64,000 bases of DNA, from positions 1 through 64,000 of the IMG/VR virus record IMGVR_UViG_3300029309_000001, one strand, 5' to 3'. The notes below the pieces were generated by a model that saw only the letters and a list, made by a program, of their open reading frames with translations, ran no database searches and had not been told where the DNA came from. A program made the translations under genes and the position numbers. Positions 48,801-55,694 of the stretch are shown in pieces (the first letter of the stretch is position 1; every line of letters begins with the position of its first letter). This DNA is from a virus.

Positions 48801-48935
48801 AGATACAGCAGGTACATTATTTTCCATGCCAGTACTCACAAGAGATTGAGAAGCAGGCATTTGATTATTAACAGGTGATTCAGGACCTGACGGAAGGTTT
48901 ATACCTTCTTGTGTAGTTTCATTTATTTCTGCCAT
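33879..48935 (-). CDS. Virion-packaged RNA polymerase polyprotein (crAss-like), 5018 aa
   Basis: GIRIPSQ followed by SGADFDIDK (GADFDID at 37263-37283); zincin HEAFH at 42384-42398; Gly/Ala-rich hydrophobic N-terminal region. Confidence 0.88.
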   Translation of the reverse strand: MAEINETTQEGINLPSGPESPVNNQMPASQSLVSTGMENNVPAVSDINFEDVVDVYTQPNTPGDLSALMRPDPIFESMLKQASIPINSVAPITGLNNIRMPQPGLATQTYNPYEQNTPADLTTKDGKAKFLQQGFYDAMTTPNKNASAPGYRPDMEWGIRETNFDRFYASNLYDQLGFHPYRNNEEIYNSKATFWDENQRARKQMWNTFQTGFTSTYDAIGDWMSGNYTGADTDGGQAFVDAMRIGNSSKKGLGGFTNRFLLNSGYTFGIIANIAAEEIVLAGVTALSGGGAAPAAASRTAFNVGRLGKAFTGFGGRYRDALKQSFFNVPGGSRIRAGAQLMQDLKQIENARQFFSVTGRGALNFLAPNTMHALRTLNTTKGTLRGLHNVKSINNTFGGFYRDFREINLAIAESKLEGGIVYNEMIDKLYHDYVRVNGEKPPMEKLEDIQQKALAASSATVTANAPLIYMSNRIVLGTILRGMPGGLGRLLARHQRGMGKRIFANSKVGPAQSRAAKEAGDLGGRIAYDGGATFLQRLKNRGIKGGLGAAGAFALRYTGANFAEGFQEISQEVIAKTAEDYYTGLFLDPSQVTSTLFDASLNDAIKAQISPQGFEVFMSGFLMGGLVQPVQRTFTEYLPRLYQWTKGNYGSQETQAKYQEYKKNKEAYLEKAIDAFNNLAEDPMRLFGKTRLNATEQKQLNQRLLESSYASDMLSFMDDKDQAYFSQLHYLFETGTNTEFKGLLTDWLKMSDKELKAAFPEFKNEVKNGKLRERIDKFNNKIDIYENAYTLVKDKYPNPFDASQYTQGSKEYNEEALRQIAWDHSTKLMMYTEETFKRALERNNSIFQRLSNDSAISNMNSSDISVLLDLKALKTEIEMLESEIAVEATTAEQNELIETKKEKLKLLKNYLDVITSPENFVPTNKDGTDIILGAEVEYEEVGSDVQGDNIIEIGGKRFKAKISPSKRVGTFDRRKIGKLKPSFMAYLNFLAEQKGEFITSESLEEVLKDIVDYKFLQGRSQQYFRAIENITNPGAMNLVAERIAERLKALYDTNQARVEKLVKKHVSDLEKNELINQLAGQGVYPDAEQVVLFFKEGIIPTIFHSEAGQVTPTDNREKWDTIQNLIKTWQKTDASESTVEAGDALNEDEITQNDQFDELARSVETPTTITEETNAVLISKWKNYVKNSTGQKGKILSWEEWQNSKEAKQIKEVRNELLNYYNTNLTADQRNEKSFDAWLFENKRSPEVYSIINSKGGTYTDYVITNADAVSEENLQDAKRAGDELISSEQGVNIMKKLVSGQSQDDDSFYYELVGNDLKTNLYEQYKSVDPNGKILRDNYLTEAEAIAAQKFIVGLLPDNSTFTFQGQDLHFKQILLDNNDNQFIVITTPTSFAKGGKLYLRPLETANDRKTSFQVDDIGLYRPLDTTSLKATTKEQNILKLRQSEPIKMYAFRQDNESAQDAEVRLSDRLKELTPEQLNDLKLKVSRNANFESFKETPGGALPELGTTEFKNPKLRIGGEELTVAVMNGEEILGFLQGPTGAVLLDNTLKNVVNPLNLTEDQVDEYFEIYNTTKTQTRTKAEQLQIIKNNYASSILLNDKLKELLGGETEVVVNVNNIKGLNLRVSPGKMMYATKDNAATFSELVKNTIDDKGNFWILDNRSDGKGGVITNITDDELYNKTAAIAEAASEQTGYNPAYTLSRYVAVTRLDNGTFTFVELKADQLTAEEQNDMVLKILNTQDETIQENINDADEVVSDTRNFAFNEQLKDEFYIFGKSGEFIDIEVTARGDIQVIYRSTKRKDKNGKPLKQTFTINENDVKGVKENTNPFNAFVQAINNKIKFKEASTDVKLKLKLNKDNFRKSIPKEATIQDLSNTLTNFQKPLRSNIRLEAVIADSAQINNVINSSVLPEGLTKDVQDAINDTDQVMLNAEMDSPELTPEYMRELFKNDYQNVEEATITLIARKLAKGENLSNAERTIYQNKKNPDIRESINLLKLTYQSGVIEEGASLDVDSTSATTSVEKSESKKTYEKLEELEQQREDYADKIFNDAFNNVVPDRSKATPEQIREANKAAQEAEDNDFTLKDYDRQIQDLKKKLAPKTVDQIRFGEEHIEKIDTFISWAKTNLPEFIQIQDIQDLSARLKGNGKTAGMFVLELNSLANNIEGNIYVGAQTPFKYHEAFHGVFRMLLSEAEIKKYLAIAKKEKRVQLRSEGKTLSQALNELKSSHSIYNNLTREQLEERLYEEYLADKFEEFKINAKSTKTNSEVKSLFNRIIEWIKAVIKNFTKNELTTLFENIDAGKYKTASVQNNRFTSEMVENGTTSAAPKVIPIDSYPYSYVDPFTGQEIVSLANTYMTANDQRKMIATIASLYRSYIERGDLLSLSKKEILDKAISDYIKLLNPRRDFYLSEQNGLAYKSIKRKLKSYYNSLKDNRDIIAENVSQYLSTFDNTFNLEQEAFEDHENLDETNVRRVDEYGKTANQIGGYTSLPQMLREFIATTVLEEQDLFGNKETLDGIPIVTTVDYNFAYNGILKALANKTTDLQMLQALATFSSTNVHTAAVVNNIFKEIGINDPSELLDLETLPAVANPNFLQKVIKGFNQFKVDYMMNHKDAETGVVYIYAANKKDDGNMQLDQWSEHFEQVYPQLLSNAGNKKAVDFLNLFRSKLVNPKERSRQKLDEEAKNASKNLYDLLGIQINAETIKYSMLSNKPIRKKWEDAIVELGIAAGADPISAEDITEIRNSISRGENLFLDNQTNIPENEIQEQNTAEELPESTGVRSRLRKLANTNSFFDESVGATVFRDSKGNFIYAHQMPTFHLVKVAEMNAKDWAQTKIKENTFFNKNYLLNNDKFLALVGEGKLKVTRFIGSKEGQLDENEFGTVVENRGLSINQKAGVSFGDSSSAEFAAVVINSYVEKYNRTNQEVPLNDYFNNETGKDDKYIEAPIDLKVMSDASTNDFVALPVEKFVEQDDAGDLKLTDKALNALVYNLLQSEYNRVKKELDPNTAETDTIELFNTSKIKKGVEVGHRGKRFVRSKGFITKRKSKIKALVDIQAPKMSNQTANDIVNNKQKIILRSGKAQAKINLPAGEQASVLLPYKVDNETKYANVVVKNRGLVSVSNIDPLAYIDQLGDAVSKKPIAGKKKQNTAKIDNTTYYFQRLEDAKFFNGLNLYAYEFITADTAEEANIETGVEEVQTTEGTEQQVEFFESDNFIEETLINAAKEGLNFDQAVERIGEDKLKDIIEERMLVDFFDFRRLLTNTKALDKISVEIKEGLGTMVRPQKGKRGKSFYQVTKKGREAMKLFNLKENDLDYNLLQIYMHQFINARSMNDVLLGDHARLFTSFTDESKRAKMQNAAGPNAASALTAPSLGITHTFNSNDSISLFTYHDPQSINKFAGTTTDETDAFMVGTVKAFRYMFFGIGRLSIEQANLLDKIQTGEPIGVDEMWGNVALGTEGYKKLNALINSKKFVYGDGQTYLKMSFFVLTPELTSYKDRFGQWQPLPQMEELHNLRMKMENFEKGKETVALAIPTSGSKMMKKNVISADEMYSNKSIEELQLEYGDRKIDTGLNPKFMRLQVVNPSNKIEIVDPRQMKQLVLSEQSDNVEVVINGKTTKLSEVREAYNKSVSAQTILRFKNRRNLVFDMGTALDEIGKSKDLGKTTPNLRSFLRYALAGLESSQAKTQMLEFFSFDEAGNPKYDLNNPITIEKFQQLFLAYFSKGILAGKQHGVSLALASSYGSKVMRVVKKLDENGQPLETEIIRMDAYKKNPSKYKPVDKFVNDKFVDLKIGDVILQELQHNVYDPKTKTYYSEFMMAPHHREVQKFIKPGDTIPQVVAEALGIRIPSQDKHSAISLRLVDFLPVYYGSTAMFPKELIEISGADFDIDKLYTALKEFYYKKGQFQEYGKGITEKDRYVDYIRYVISQANKKGSPINEAIVNWSTTDSPFLDAEEIEMMQDNMARETANQITLNVNAFNKAYDVRVINYIIQLNDQITDEQIVKLYNKNEDLYGALQSLGLPVTLKEYKDYVAKNGEPYEAAINNDILDQRIALVANEGVVKPIDNREIGYGNEPANLEPLYEIRDLLQAEFPEIADFANPEDVDPDSLLGLVETWASIKTGEGAIGAVVRPNVVLSMLGVNNIKIRNEALGPTGIVRFNRRTFDTFATPYTLDGKPKDKATRTQYAISALITMATDNAKERLADVLGINRSSLSIVASWTSLGVPLETSILILKNPVIKLGYDLALNKSKPTDPGIVSILKKRQRFLQLNYEINTQPVTDQVLRAAIKNDWVDPTQPLTQGFGKNITGQTPEEYSDKDASIEYAINQQIINGKRISDYVGYLGSLVDLLSGFGQSMESLDSKALDFKKLGLDLNNNDFKNLTDQNYMSITEGLDDSLTDGVPVPFDARPIIKGNDFRATYYKIFKEFTEDLIPAVFITRTKPFQRIKDTVLANMVNNSMIIDPKRKLQIEKDILSYLTIKAYRQFLMNTPNGIQKLGSLQNGMIYDDIGGENTLTIEEVVSSIRNYFASKGQENYFIDKFVYLDLASNENNKAGLNRLKGNNWTKMSDTKAVDLQASFAEIYSIPALREHAYNLMHYLLVKDGMQFDRNTFLSAVPAFMFDQVLRAISTGHKMFKSNTASDTNLVFGMSQEELNNDFTQGYLKANKNGYLIPTVRRITKDTSNAAHIDSDGNLQLNIFNGVSSFINKKGQKVVKGKKFKLQRKGASIFVNTKSNEYKKLIANASYLSSIGIKFNRVEDQGRVYLEMILPLYLRNEYQDQFGSTYVNYFELNQVYREKRFSQTGDILNMLEGEENIVKGFQATYTPVELVGSNQNTAVAFVNGEVPTHDALKKKYKSDAVDNLIAGLDLKDLEEQLAGLDLSNIQDLYDQAVNTGENVQSTNKGITIDGKSLENTDLKKESDVTDVNIDQAPQEIQDQQLAATSMLLNMLNAKQNDKSSKSDTEIKKIRDWWADPATNRYEALNQTKRSNLEGLLEEFNNFDGTAERFIEIINNCK

Positions 48936-48942
48936 GTTAATA

Positions 48943-51900
48943 TTACTCTAACATATTATTATTTGTTAAATTAATAGCCTTCATTATTTCTTGATTTGAT
49001 GTGGCAATTTCATTTAACTTTGCTTCTTGAGTAGCTAGTACATTAGCTATTTGTGTTTGTGGTATTTGCATATTAGTTAATGTAACTTTTTCTCTACTTC
49101 CATCAGAACTAACATTCCAATACCAATCTTCATACATATAAACTCCTGGTGATACTTCAAATACAGTTATTTGTCCTCCATCTGGAACAGCTCTAGTTAT
49201 TCTTCCATCACTGCTTCTTAACTCAGCCATAATTCTTTGCTCAGTCATATTACCAGTTTTATATATATTATTGTCTAATTCTTTTTCAACTAATACAGTT
49301 ATTGTATAATCATTAGTAAATTGATTAGTACGTGGAACTATACCACTTGTTTTTTGATTACTTGCATTTCTTTTTTCTATATATTTTTCTGCCCATTCTT
49401 GTGGAAATGTTATTTCATATAATGCAGCATCTAATTTATCTCCACCACCATTTTTAGAATATGTAATGCTAAAATTAATACCATCTTTTTTAGGAGCATT
49501 ATCAGGGTTACCATAATTTGATGTAATATCAAAATATGCTTCATTTAAAACTTGCATAAGATTTTGATCAACTGAACCTAAAACTTCATCTTCTCCTGCA
49601 ATATATTGTTTACCTCCAACTACACTAAAAGTTCCTGCATCACCGTCTATTGTAGCTATCAAGTTATTAAAGAAATCTACAGCACCACCATTAAAATCAG
49701 CATCAGAAGCATGATCATATTGAAATGTATAAGTAGGAGAAGAATACATATCATCTCCCATCATAGGCATTCCTTCCATAGCTGCAGAAAAATTAAATCC
49801 AAACTTTTCTGAATTTTCTGCATTAGAAGTAACAGTGCTATTTATTTTGTTATACATATAATCATAATACTTTTCAGCATCTCCTTGCATATCTCCTCTT
49901 CGTCTTAAATCTTGGAATGGAACTGGATAATTATCTGCATTTTTTACTTCATTTTGAAATATTTCCCAATACTTCCCATAACCTTGCATTATATCATCAG
50001 TTCCAATATTCATTTGTGGATCAGGAGCAGAATCTGTACCCAAATCAGTACCAGGAAAATCAAATGGCATAGCCATGTAAGCTCCATATCCAACGCTCAT
50101 ATCATACATACCGTCTGCACCATAATCCATTGCTCTGTATGCATTAGGAGATTCTTTTCTAGCTTCTAGTATTTCATTATTCATTTGTTGAGTGGTTAAC
50201 TCATTCCATTTTTCAACATATCTATTAACCCATTCTTCTTTATTAATTAATATACCATTGTTATCAAATATAGAACCACCATCAACGGCTGCTTCTTCAA
50301 ATTCTGAATCAGTACCTACAAGCATTTTTTGTACATCCATTAATTTACTTTTAAACTCATCATTTTTTTCTGTAAAAAATGACATGTCTCCTTTTAAATT
50401 ATTCATGTCTGATTGAACTTTTATTTTTAAATCAGCTGGTAAAGTAGCATAAGATGGTAATTTATTTTCTGCATTATCTATCATATGCTTCATACCCATA
50501 TACATATTGTGAATTAAATCATAATCATTTAATTGATTAAATTCACTCCATGACATTGATTTTATATTTTCATATTCTGTAACATCTGGAGGAATTAAAT
50601 TAGGATTACCTTCTGGAGTTGTACTTGTTTTTTCTTCTGGTATTTCTCCTGGTATAAAATCACCATTTCCTGACATTAAATCCCTACTAAATATAGGAGT
50701 AAAAGAACTAGACTCAAGTCCTAGCTTAGGTGCATTTAAAAGATACATTTGTTTAATTATCTCTTTTCTTTGCTGCATAAGTTTCTCCATTACATCTAAT
50801 TGTTCATCGTATTGAATACCTATAAAATCTGATACTTCTGGATCTCCTTCTATGTTTGATGTTGCTAAATCTACATTACCTCCTGTAGTAGCTTCATTAC
50901 CTGAAGTTCTTCTTAATAAAGGAACTTTTGGTGTTGTAGTAACATTTTCTTGACTTTTTCTTAATTGTTCTAATCTGTCTTTTAATAATATTTCTTGTTT
51001 TCTATATTGATGTTCTGCCCACATTTTCCATTCAGGATTTAATTCCTGTTCTCTTGTCATTGTTTTTAATGCATAAGCAGAAGCGGATTGTAGCATATCA
51101 GAACCCATTTGATGACCCATAGCTACAGTATAAGCTTTAGTTAATAAATCTTTTAAATCAGAAGTTGGTGCAGTAACAGTTTCTAATTTAGATTTTTTAC
51201 TATTAATAGTTTCATCTAATATTTTTAATTCATCTAAAGATTTAATAAAATCAATATCTTGTTCTGATCCTGGTTTTATACCTATATCTTTTGCATAACT
51301 TTCCCAACTTTTAACAGTAACTTCTTTTTCATTTTTCATTTGATCTAAAGTTACTATTTCATTTTCCATTTTTGGAGTATAATTTTTAATGGTTGTATTT
51401 GCCCATTCTTTTTTTGCATTATCTTCTCCACCTAATCTTTCAGAATTTTCTTTAACAAAATTAGTCATATCAACAAAATTTCTTAAATGATATGCAGATT
51501 GTACTTTAGGATCATCAGCTAATCTTTCAGATACATATTCCAAAGCTAAATTTTTTGTTTCAGGAACTTCTATTTCTTTTCCATTTTTATCTTGTACTTT
51601 TATTATTCTACCAGTTGGTGCTGCTGTAATTAATGATCCACTCTTTTGTTTAATAATCCATTTATTATCTTGAGAAATTATTACATCTTCTACATCACCT
51701 AAACCAGAATCTTCTAATAGCATCATTGCTTGTTCAGCTAAATCTACATCTTCAACATATTGTGGTAGACCCATTGACATAGCTTTTCTTTGATCAGCAT
51801 TTTTAAATTGATCTTCCCATATCTTTAAACCTTGCATACCATAATCCCAGTATTTCTCTCTTACAGCTTTTATAGGACTATTTTTAAATGATTCTGCTTT

Positions 51901-52260
51901 TCTTCTTTGTTGTTTTAAAGTAGTTGTTGCTGTTAAATCTTTCATGATGTTTTCATTATCATAAAAAGGTTTAAATAGACCATAAGCTGCATCAACGTTT
52001 TCTTGCAATGATAGATCAAGACCAGAAATTTGTTTTACTTGTGGAGCAAGTTGTTTTGCATACTGATCTCTAACATATTTATTTTCATTTCTTGTTAGGT
52101 CAGCATGTACTACTTTTCCATAAACATTATTTAATTGTTGATAGTTTTTATCATACCTATCTTGTCTTACTTGTAGTACATCAGATAAAAATTTATAATC
52201 TGGTACAAAAGGTTGACTTTGTGGTAATTTATCTTCTAAGCCTGGTATATATGTTGCCAT
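48943..52260 (-). CDS. Large virion cargo/ejection-type protein
   Basis: 1105-aa helical protein directly upstream of the vRNAP gene; no catalytic motif seen. Confidence 0.7.
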   Translation of the reverse strand: MATYIPGLEDKLPQSQPFVPDYKFLSDVLQVRQDRYDKNYQQLNNVYGKVVHADLTRNENKYVRDQYAKQLAPQVKQISGLDLSLQENVDAAYGLFKPFYDNENIMKDLTATTTLKQQRRKAESFKNSPIKAVREKYWDYGMQGLKIWEDQFKNADQRKAMSMGLPQYVEDVDLAEQAMMLLEDSGLGDVEDVIISQDNKWIIKQKSGSLITAAPTGRIIKVQDKNGKEIEVPETKNLALEYVSERLADDPKVQSAYHLRNFVDMTNFVKENSERLGGEDNAKKEWANTTIKNYTPKMENEIVTLDQMKNEKEVTVKSWESYAKDIGIKPGSEQDIDFIKSLDELKILDETINSKKSKLETVTAPTSDLKDLLTKAYTVAMGHQMGSDMLQSASAYALKTMTREQELNPEWKMWAEHQYRKQEILLKDRLEQLRKSQENVTTTPKVPLLRRTSGNEATTGGNVDLATSNIEGDPEVSDFIGIQYDEQLDVMEKLMQQRKEIIKQMYLLNAPKLGLESSSFTPIFSRDLMSGNGDFIPGEIPEEKTSTTPEGNPNLIPPDVTEYENIKSMSWSEFNQLNDYDLIHNMYMGMKHMIDNAENKLPSYATLPADLKIKVQSDMNNLKGDMSFFTEKNDEFKSKLMDVQKMLVGTDSEFEEAAVDGGSIFDNNGILINKEEWVNRYVEKWNELTTQQMNNEILEARKESPNAYRAMDYGADGMYDMSVGYGAYMAMPFDFPGTDLGTDSAPDPQMNIGTDDIMQGYGKYWEIFQNEVKNADNYPVPFQDLRRRGDMQGDAEKYYDYMYNKINSTVTSNAENSEKFGFNFSAAMEGMPMMGDDMYSSPTYTFQYDHASDADFNGGAVDFFNNLIATIDGDAGTFSVVGGKQYIAGEDEVLGSVDQNLMQVLNEAYFDITSNYGNPDNAPKKDGINFSITYSKNGGGDKLDAALYEITFPQEWAEKYIEKRNASNQKTSGIVPRTNQFTNDYTITVLVEKELDNNIYKTGNMTEQRIMAELRSSDGRITRAVPDGGQITVFEVSPGVYMYEDWYWNVSSDGSREKVTLTNMQIPQTQIANVLATQEAKLNEIATSNQEIMKAINLTNNNMLE

Positions 52261-52264
52261 GTTA

Positions 52265-52272
52265 CAAAAATA
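52265..52272 (-). promoter_or_regulatory. Possible Bacteroidota -7 element
   Basis: TATTTTTG on the - strand, 4 nt before the ATG at 52260. Confidence 0.4.
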
Positions 52273-52320
52273 CTAAAATTTATTAAGTTTTTAAAATTTA
52301 TAAAGGTAAACCTTTTATGT

Positions 52321-55300
52321 TTACCACCATCCTCCATTCCTTCTTTCTGCTAGTGCTGCTCTTAATTCACTACCATATTTAGCTTCAGTACCACAATTAG
52401 TACCTATCTCATCAGCCTTTGGAGTTACTCCATCAGGACAACAGCCATATTGTGTACTTCCACAACCTCCTGTTATTTCATCTGGTTTATTATTATTATT
52501 TACATTTCTATTATTATTTACATTTCTATTATCAACATTTATATTATTTCCTTGATAACCAGGAATGGTTTGGTTACCTTTAGGTTGATTTTGAGATTTA
52601 AACATATCATTAACAACTAAACGTGCATTATTCATACAAGCAATTCTTTCTGCTTCAGTACTTATATTACCACATCTTTGTTCAATATATTGATTTTCTA
52701 AAGCTATTCTTTTATCCATTTGTGATTGTGGATCTACTACATTATTTGCAAAGAAATCTTTAGGGTTTGTAATTTGTATATCTCCACCAAAACCTGGACG
52801 TACATTATAATTAGGAGTCATAGTATTTAAATTATAAGTATTAGATCTATTAGTTTCAGCATTAGCACGTGCATCTGCTATTTGTATTCTAAGTTGATTT
52901 TTAGCATTATCATAATTTTGATCTACCGTATTAACTTCATCCATATACTTTTTTAATGCATCTTGATTTAATACATCTACATTTGATGCTACTCCTGCAT
53001 TAAATTGTTGAGCTTGATTATAAATATCTACATTATCATTTTGAACTTTATCTAATGCTCCTGCTATTTGTTGACCTGCTGTTCCTTGTATTTTAGAAAG
53101 TACAGATGCTAATCCTTGACCACTAGTCATTTGCATAGCCATATCTCCAGCAATTTGAGCTTGTTCTGCTATTGCAGCAATTTCTCTTGTAGGATCTTTA
53201 TAAGCTGGATCCATAAAGTTACCTGTAAAAGATTGTCTACTTGGATAATATTTATTAAGATCTACATCAGATAATGCATCTAACTTCATTATATCTTGTT
53301 TCCAATATTCATTTGGTATAGGATCTGGCATTTTAAATTCTCCTTTTTCTATACATTGACAAACATCAGTATCATATCTACCACCTTTTGTTTCACAATC
53401 TACTTTAGCTTTTGCTTGATCAGGTTTTACTTGACCGTTTGCATCAAGATAACATGTTTCAACATTTCTTACTTTCTTTTCTCCTGGTGTATTATTTAAT
53501 TGCATTATTTGACTATTAAATGTATCACCATATTTACCATCTAAAGCAGACCATCTATCTTCTCCCATTAAACCTGATCCACCTTTATCACTTCCAAAAG
53601 CTTCTAAATTAACATTACCTAATAAATTTGACCAACTATCATCTCCATCAGCAGACATTTTTTCAGCATGTTTTTTTAATCCACCTAAACTACTAAATGT
53701 AGCTTGTTTATTTAACACCATATTCATAAGTTCATCTTTATCTGTAGGTAATGGTTCAAAGCCAGCATCAGGATATTTTTTCATTATTTCTTCATAGACT
53801 AATCTATACATACCATTAGGATCTCCATCGCTAAAACCTCCACCTCTTCTTGGCCTATCCCATGCATCATGTTGTTTAATATCATTACCAGTTACTGTTT
53901 GACCATTAGGTAAAGTAATTGTTATACCATCTAATGCTCCTGCTTCATGCATTAAATACTTAAACTTTTGATCAAGCATAAACATTTCTTCATATTCTTC
54001 TTGAGTCATTTCAGGTATTGCTTGAAGATTAGAATATTTATCACGTGCTTTTAAATAAGATTCATATCCAAATTTATTTACTTTGTCCCAATCTTCAGAA
54101 TTATATAAATCTAACATTTGATTATATCTATCCATACCATAAATTTTTTCTCCTCCTTCATCAAATGTTTGTAACTCTTCATAATCTACATATCTATTTT
54201 CAAAATCTTCTCCTCCATATAAAAATTCATTTAATTTATTATTATATAAACCTGCAGGAATCATATTACGTGAATCTGGTGAAGCTGCATTATATAATCC
54301 AGCAGCTACCATACCACCTTTTTGTGCATAGTCTGCTTGCGCATCTTCTTTATATCTTCCATCATACATAGGATCAGGTTTACCTTGTGATTTTTTAACT
54401 AATTGTTCTGCCAATGTAACTAATGATCCTTGATTAATTCCTTTGTTTATATCATTACCATAACTTATTTTTGGATACTTACTTGTAAAATCTTGTTGAT
54501 TAAAAGGTACCATATCTGATACTTCTTGTAATCTATCTGAAGGTAATTTTGAATTTACTTGCATACTTTCAGGAGATTCAAATTGAGCTTTATGCAATCC
54601 TCCACCAAGTTTAAAACCAGGTCCATATAGACTAGGAGTAACTGTTTGTCTATATATCATAGGAGGTGGGGGATTAAATTCACCTGTTGATGGATTATAA
54701 TTAACACCAAATAATTTATTATCAATAGGAGGTTGATACATACTATCTCTATTAATCACTCTTATTTGATTTGCTTCATTTAATGCTTGTTTAGTATCTT
54801 CTATTTCTTTTTGATAAGCATTTAACATACCAGCAACTTCTCCTCTATTTTGAGCTTTAGGTAATGATCCACCATACATTGCCATCATTTGTTGTGGTGC
54901 CATCATACCTTGTGGTGGCATTCCTCCTCCTTGTGGTGGAGCTTGTGGCATAGGTGGCATTCCTCCTGCCATAGGTGGTCCTTGTGATGGAGGACCTCCT
55001 TGGCCACCTGTAAAGTTTTGTAATGATAATATTTGTTTTTGTTCTTCAGGTGGTAACTGATCTATCATTTGCATCATAGCTTGTTCTTCATTAAGTTTAT
55101 TTACTTTTTGAACAAACTGCATTGGATCTATTTTTTTAGACATTAAAAATGGATAAGCTGCTAAAGGCACACCATCTTCAAATTTCTTTTTACTTTCTGA
55201 TACAAATGCTAATTCAGATAATTTCATTTTATTTTTTTCTAACATTAACTCTGCACTTCTTGTAGTTATATCATCTACAAATTCATCATTTAAAGCTGAA

Positions 55301-55692
55301 TAGTATTTGTTTAATGGAAATTTTTTAGATACAGCAGCAGGAGTCATTTTCTTTTTAGAATTAATATTAAATCTAGTAAGCTGATCTTTATTAAGTTTCA
55401 TTTTAGCAGTATCTGAAAAAATAAATGATTGAGGAGGTAAACTTAATGCAGTTCCACCTTGTGGATGTCTTTTACCACCAATGTTATACAGCTCAAAGTT
55501 ACCATCATTAGTTAAATCAGTTAATGCTGTCTCACCTTTTTCTGCTTCTAAATTAGCAAAGGATCTTGGTATAGGTCCTAATGAATTACCATAAGGTGCT
55601 CCACCTGTAGCCATAACTTTTACAATTTTACCATTTTTAAATTTATATCCGTTTGGTAAATTTCCTATTTTTACTTTTACTTTTTTTCCCAT
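52321..55692 (-). CDS. Large modular virion protein with repeated xxGG motifs
   Basis: N-terminal EAEKGE...GKRHPQGG domain, P/Q/M-rich linker, Q/A-rich helical C-terminal region. Confidence 0.75.
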   Translation of the reverse strand: MGKKVKVKIGNLPNGYKFKNGKIVKVMATGGAPYGNSLGPIPRSFANLEAEKGETALTDLTNDGNFELYNIGGKRHPQGGTALSLPPQSFIFSDTAKMKLNKDQLTRFNINSKKKMTPAAVSKKFPLNKYYSALNDEFVDDITTRSAELMLEKNKMKLSELAFVSESKKKFEDGVPLAAYPFLMSKKIDPMQFVQKVNKLNEEQAMMQMIDQLPPEEQKQILSLQNFTGGQGGPPSQGPPMAGGMPPMPQAPPQGGGMPPQGMMAPQQMMAMYGGSLPKAQNRGEVAGMLNAYQKEIEDTKQALNEANQIRVINRDSMYQPPIDNKLFGVNYNPSTGEFNPPPPMIYRQTVTPSLYGPGFKLGGGLHKAQFESPESMQVNSKLPSDRLQEVSDMVPFNQQDFTSKYPKISYGNDINKGINQGSLVTLAEQLVKKSQGKPDPMYDGRYKEDAQADYAQKGGMVAAGLYNAASPDSRNMIPAGLYNNKLNEFLYGGEDFENRYVDYEELQTFDEGGEKIYGMDRYNQMLDLYNSEDWDKVNKFGYESYLKARDKYSNLQAIPEMTQEEYEEMFMLDQKFKYLMHEAGALDGITITLPNGQTVTGNDIKQHDAWDRPRRGGGFSDGDPNGMYRLVYEEIMKKYPDAGFEPLPTDKDELMNMVLNKQATFSSLGGLKKHAEKMSADGDDSWSNLLGNVNLEAFGSDKGGSGLMGEDRWSALDGKYGDTFNSQIMQLNNTPGEKKVRNVETCYLDANGQVKPDQAKAKVDCETKGGRYDTDVCQCIEKGEFKMPDPIPNEYWKQDIMKLDALSDVDLNKYYPSRQSFTGNFMDPAYKDPTREIAAIAEQAQIAGDMAMQMTSGQGLASVLSKIQGTAGQQIAGALDKVQNDNVDIYNQAQQFNAGVASNVDVLNQDALKKYMDEVNTVDQNYDNAKNQLRIQIADARANAETNRSNTYNLNTMTPNYNVRPGFGGDIQITNPKDFFANNVVDPQSQMDKRIALENQYIEQRCGNISTEAERIACMNNARLVVNDMFKSQNQPKGNQTIPGYQGNNINVDNRNVNNNRNVNNNNKPDEITGGCGSTQYGCCPDGVTPKADEIGTNCGTEAKYGSELRAALAERRNGGWW

Positions 55693-55694
55693 AA

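Noticed and set aside
54880-55010. P/Q/M/G-rich low-complexity tract, and the NRNVNN repeats near 52490-52545
   Set aside because: Consistent with disordered coding linkers; no independent DNA-level structure.
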